A stretch of DNA of 63,946 nt, the filler included, from Choristocarpus tenellus KU-1152 (taxonomy: Eukaryota; Protista; Phaeophyceae), in NCBI GenBank assembly GCA_964200185.2. It is 11 parts of 11 records of this genome, joined end to end, with 100 filler letters (N's around TTAATTAATTAA, not from the genome) between each part and the next. Parts side by side here need not be neighbours in the genome. Positions count along the whole stretch, not along the records: positions 61,329 to 63,946 come from CAXNAD020026228.1; 10 more parts are not named here. One strand, given 5' to 3'. The notes beneath the pieces are model-generated. The model had not been told where the DNA came from and made no database searches. It saw only the letters and a list, made by a program, of their open reading frames with translations. Shown here piece after piece: positions 62,309 to 63,946 of the stretch. Every line of letters starts with the position of its first letter. Position 1 is the stretch's first letter. The translations under genes and the position numbers were made by a program.

Positions 62309-63395
62309 CTTCGTGCACCTGCTTGGTGTGACCGAGTCCTCTTCTGGCATCAGGAGGACACAATTGTTGAGCAGCACTATTACCTCAGAGCAGAGAAGCC
62401 CTCTATGTCTGATCACAAGCCCGTGTTGGCCATGTACTGTGTGGGATGCCGAGAGGTGTTTGCTGGTGGTTTATGTACTGCAACTTGACCCTCACCACCT
62501 CATCACCTTGTCCATACACATTTTTTTGGTGATTCCATGACAATGGAAGGTGTACCTTGTCTGTATGAAATTGATGATTCCAAGACAATCAAGGGTATAC
62601 CTTGTCTTACACATTTGGTGATTCCATGACAATCGAGGATGTACCTTGTCCGTATGAAATTGATGATTCCATGATAATCAAGGGTATACCTTGTCTTATA
62701 CATTTGCTGATTTCATGACAATGAAGGGTATAGCTTGCCTCTGTGCATTTGCTGCTTCTGTTGCAGTGAAGCATGCGTGCCATCCATAAGAATTTTCTGA
62801 TTACCTGACAACAGAGGGTTACCCCACCTAGTGGTCGTGGTTTGATTTGGACTCACTGCCCAAGTGCCACAAAATAAAATAAAATAGTGTATGTGCAGAC
62901 TGTGTTTCTTGATAGTAGAGTTTTGTTGTTGTCTGTATCTGTACCTTCCTTGTGTCTCTGTGGAATCTATATCTTTTATTGTCAATGCAGTATATCTATC
63001 CCCTCTTTTTTTTTGTCCATGCAATACGCCTTTACCTTTTTATGCCCGTGCAATGCTTACACCTTTTTTTGACATTTCTTTGTAAGAATGGTTAGGTCGG
63101 TTTCTGTTGTTGCTACGGCATGAACAGTGCGCTAGTATATTATTTATATTATTTATGTACTGGTCAAGTTTATATACATACATACATAAACACATACACA
63201 CATACACCCCCAAATCAAAAGCACACATAAACATATATATATGTATAAAAGTATCAATATTAATATTAATATTAATAAATATTTGTATATGATACTGAAC
63301 AGGTTGATCCCGCTCAACGCAAAATGGTCTGTAAAGAGGTAATGATGGTGGTGGAGAACCAACAGGGCAACGGCAAGCGGGTCAAGGCAGTCAAG
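62309..63395 (+). CDS. Inositol polyphosphate 5-phosphatase (OCRL/INPP5B-like), internal exons 62309-62455 and 63303-63395
   Basis: Catalytic signature motifs PAWCDRVLF and SDHKPV. The next phase-0 exon, VDPAQRKMVCKEVMMVVENQ, resembles the helix that follows the 5-phosphatase domain. Confidence 0.88.
62505..62738. repeat. ~44-49 bp tandem repeat with alternating A/B unit types (intronic)
   Basis: accttgtc...gattccatgacaat...ggt(g/a)t, five units. Confidence 0.9.
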
Positions 63396-63629
63396 GTCAG
63401 TCTTGATCTGTGGGTGGGGGATAGTGGGATACGAAACATCACTGACTGGGAGGATTATCGATCTTTTTTTGTGTCTCTGTAGTTGAGAACTTTCCAGACT
63501 ATTTTTTTTTTTGTGCAAGAGGGGGTCTCTCGTTGTGATCATGTCAAGAATTACTAGAATTCCCATTACCTGGCTGCATTACAAACAATTTTATTTTATT
63601 TTATTTTTCTTAGTTCTAGTGTACAACTA

Positions 63630-63666
<37 letters not shown>

Positions 63667-63946
63667 TGTGTGAGGATTTGAAGGTTGGATTGGGGAAGCA
63701 AGATGAAGTAAGAATTTTTGGTCATTGAACTATCGCACGCGTGAAGAGGATTTGATTTGCATCCCACTCTGTATCGTTTGCCTTGCGTTGTTGTGTATTG
63801 TGAAGTGTTTGGATTGGAGGAAGTTTGTTTTGATTTGTTTTTGTTGAAGGGGGGGGGGGGGGGGGGGGGGAGAGAAAATAGGGGGGTGGGGGGGTAAGAA
63901 AGAGGGGGGTTGGGGTTTTTTTTTTTATTACTTTTTATTTTTTTTT

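Overview
Eukaryotic, intron-rich and repeat-dense DNA. It is most likely from a photosynthetic stramenopile or brown alga; this is inferred from the RTE- and CRE-type LINE remnants, the TTAGGG repeats and the gene style. The window is not contiguous: it is 11 contig pieces joined by 100-nt artificial linkers (N44-TTAATTAATTAA-N44), so synteny across linkers is meaningless. Spliced gene pieces reconstructed by hand: an anoctamin/TMEM16-like N-terminal region (+), the 5' part of an ABCC/MRP transporter (+), a probable PEX3 C-terminus (-), a Gly/Ser-rich terminal exon (+), an 8-exon EF-hand-like protein with a GC-AG intron (-), five exons of CWF19L2 (-) and an inositol polyphosphate 5-phosphatase (+). 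The rest is mostly mobile DNA. This includes several MITE families, four of which share a G(A/G)(G/C)T(C/G)AAAGTA terminus with 3- or 4-bp target-site duplications (TSDs); CRE-like restriction-endonuclease LINE 3' ends; an RTE LINE remnant; a decayed Ty3/Gypsy element; a TA-flanked IS630/Tc1/mariner-like element with an intron-containing transposase pseudogene; and many mini- and microsatellites. No CRISPR array, rRNA or intact tRNA was found. The most notable observations are the related MITE families with different TSD lengths, multi-level TE nesting, CpG decay implying TE methylation, and a telomeric repeat that appears to supply an intron branch point.
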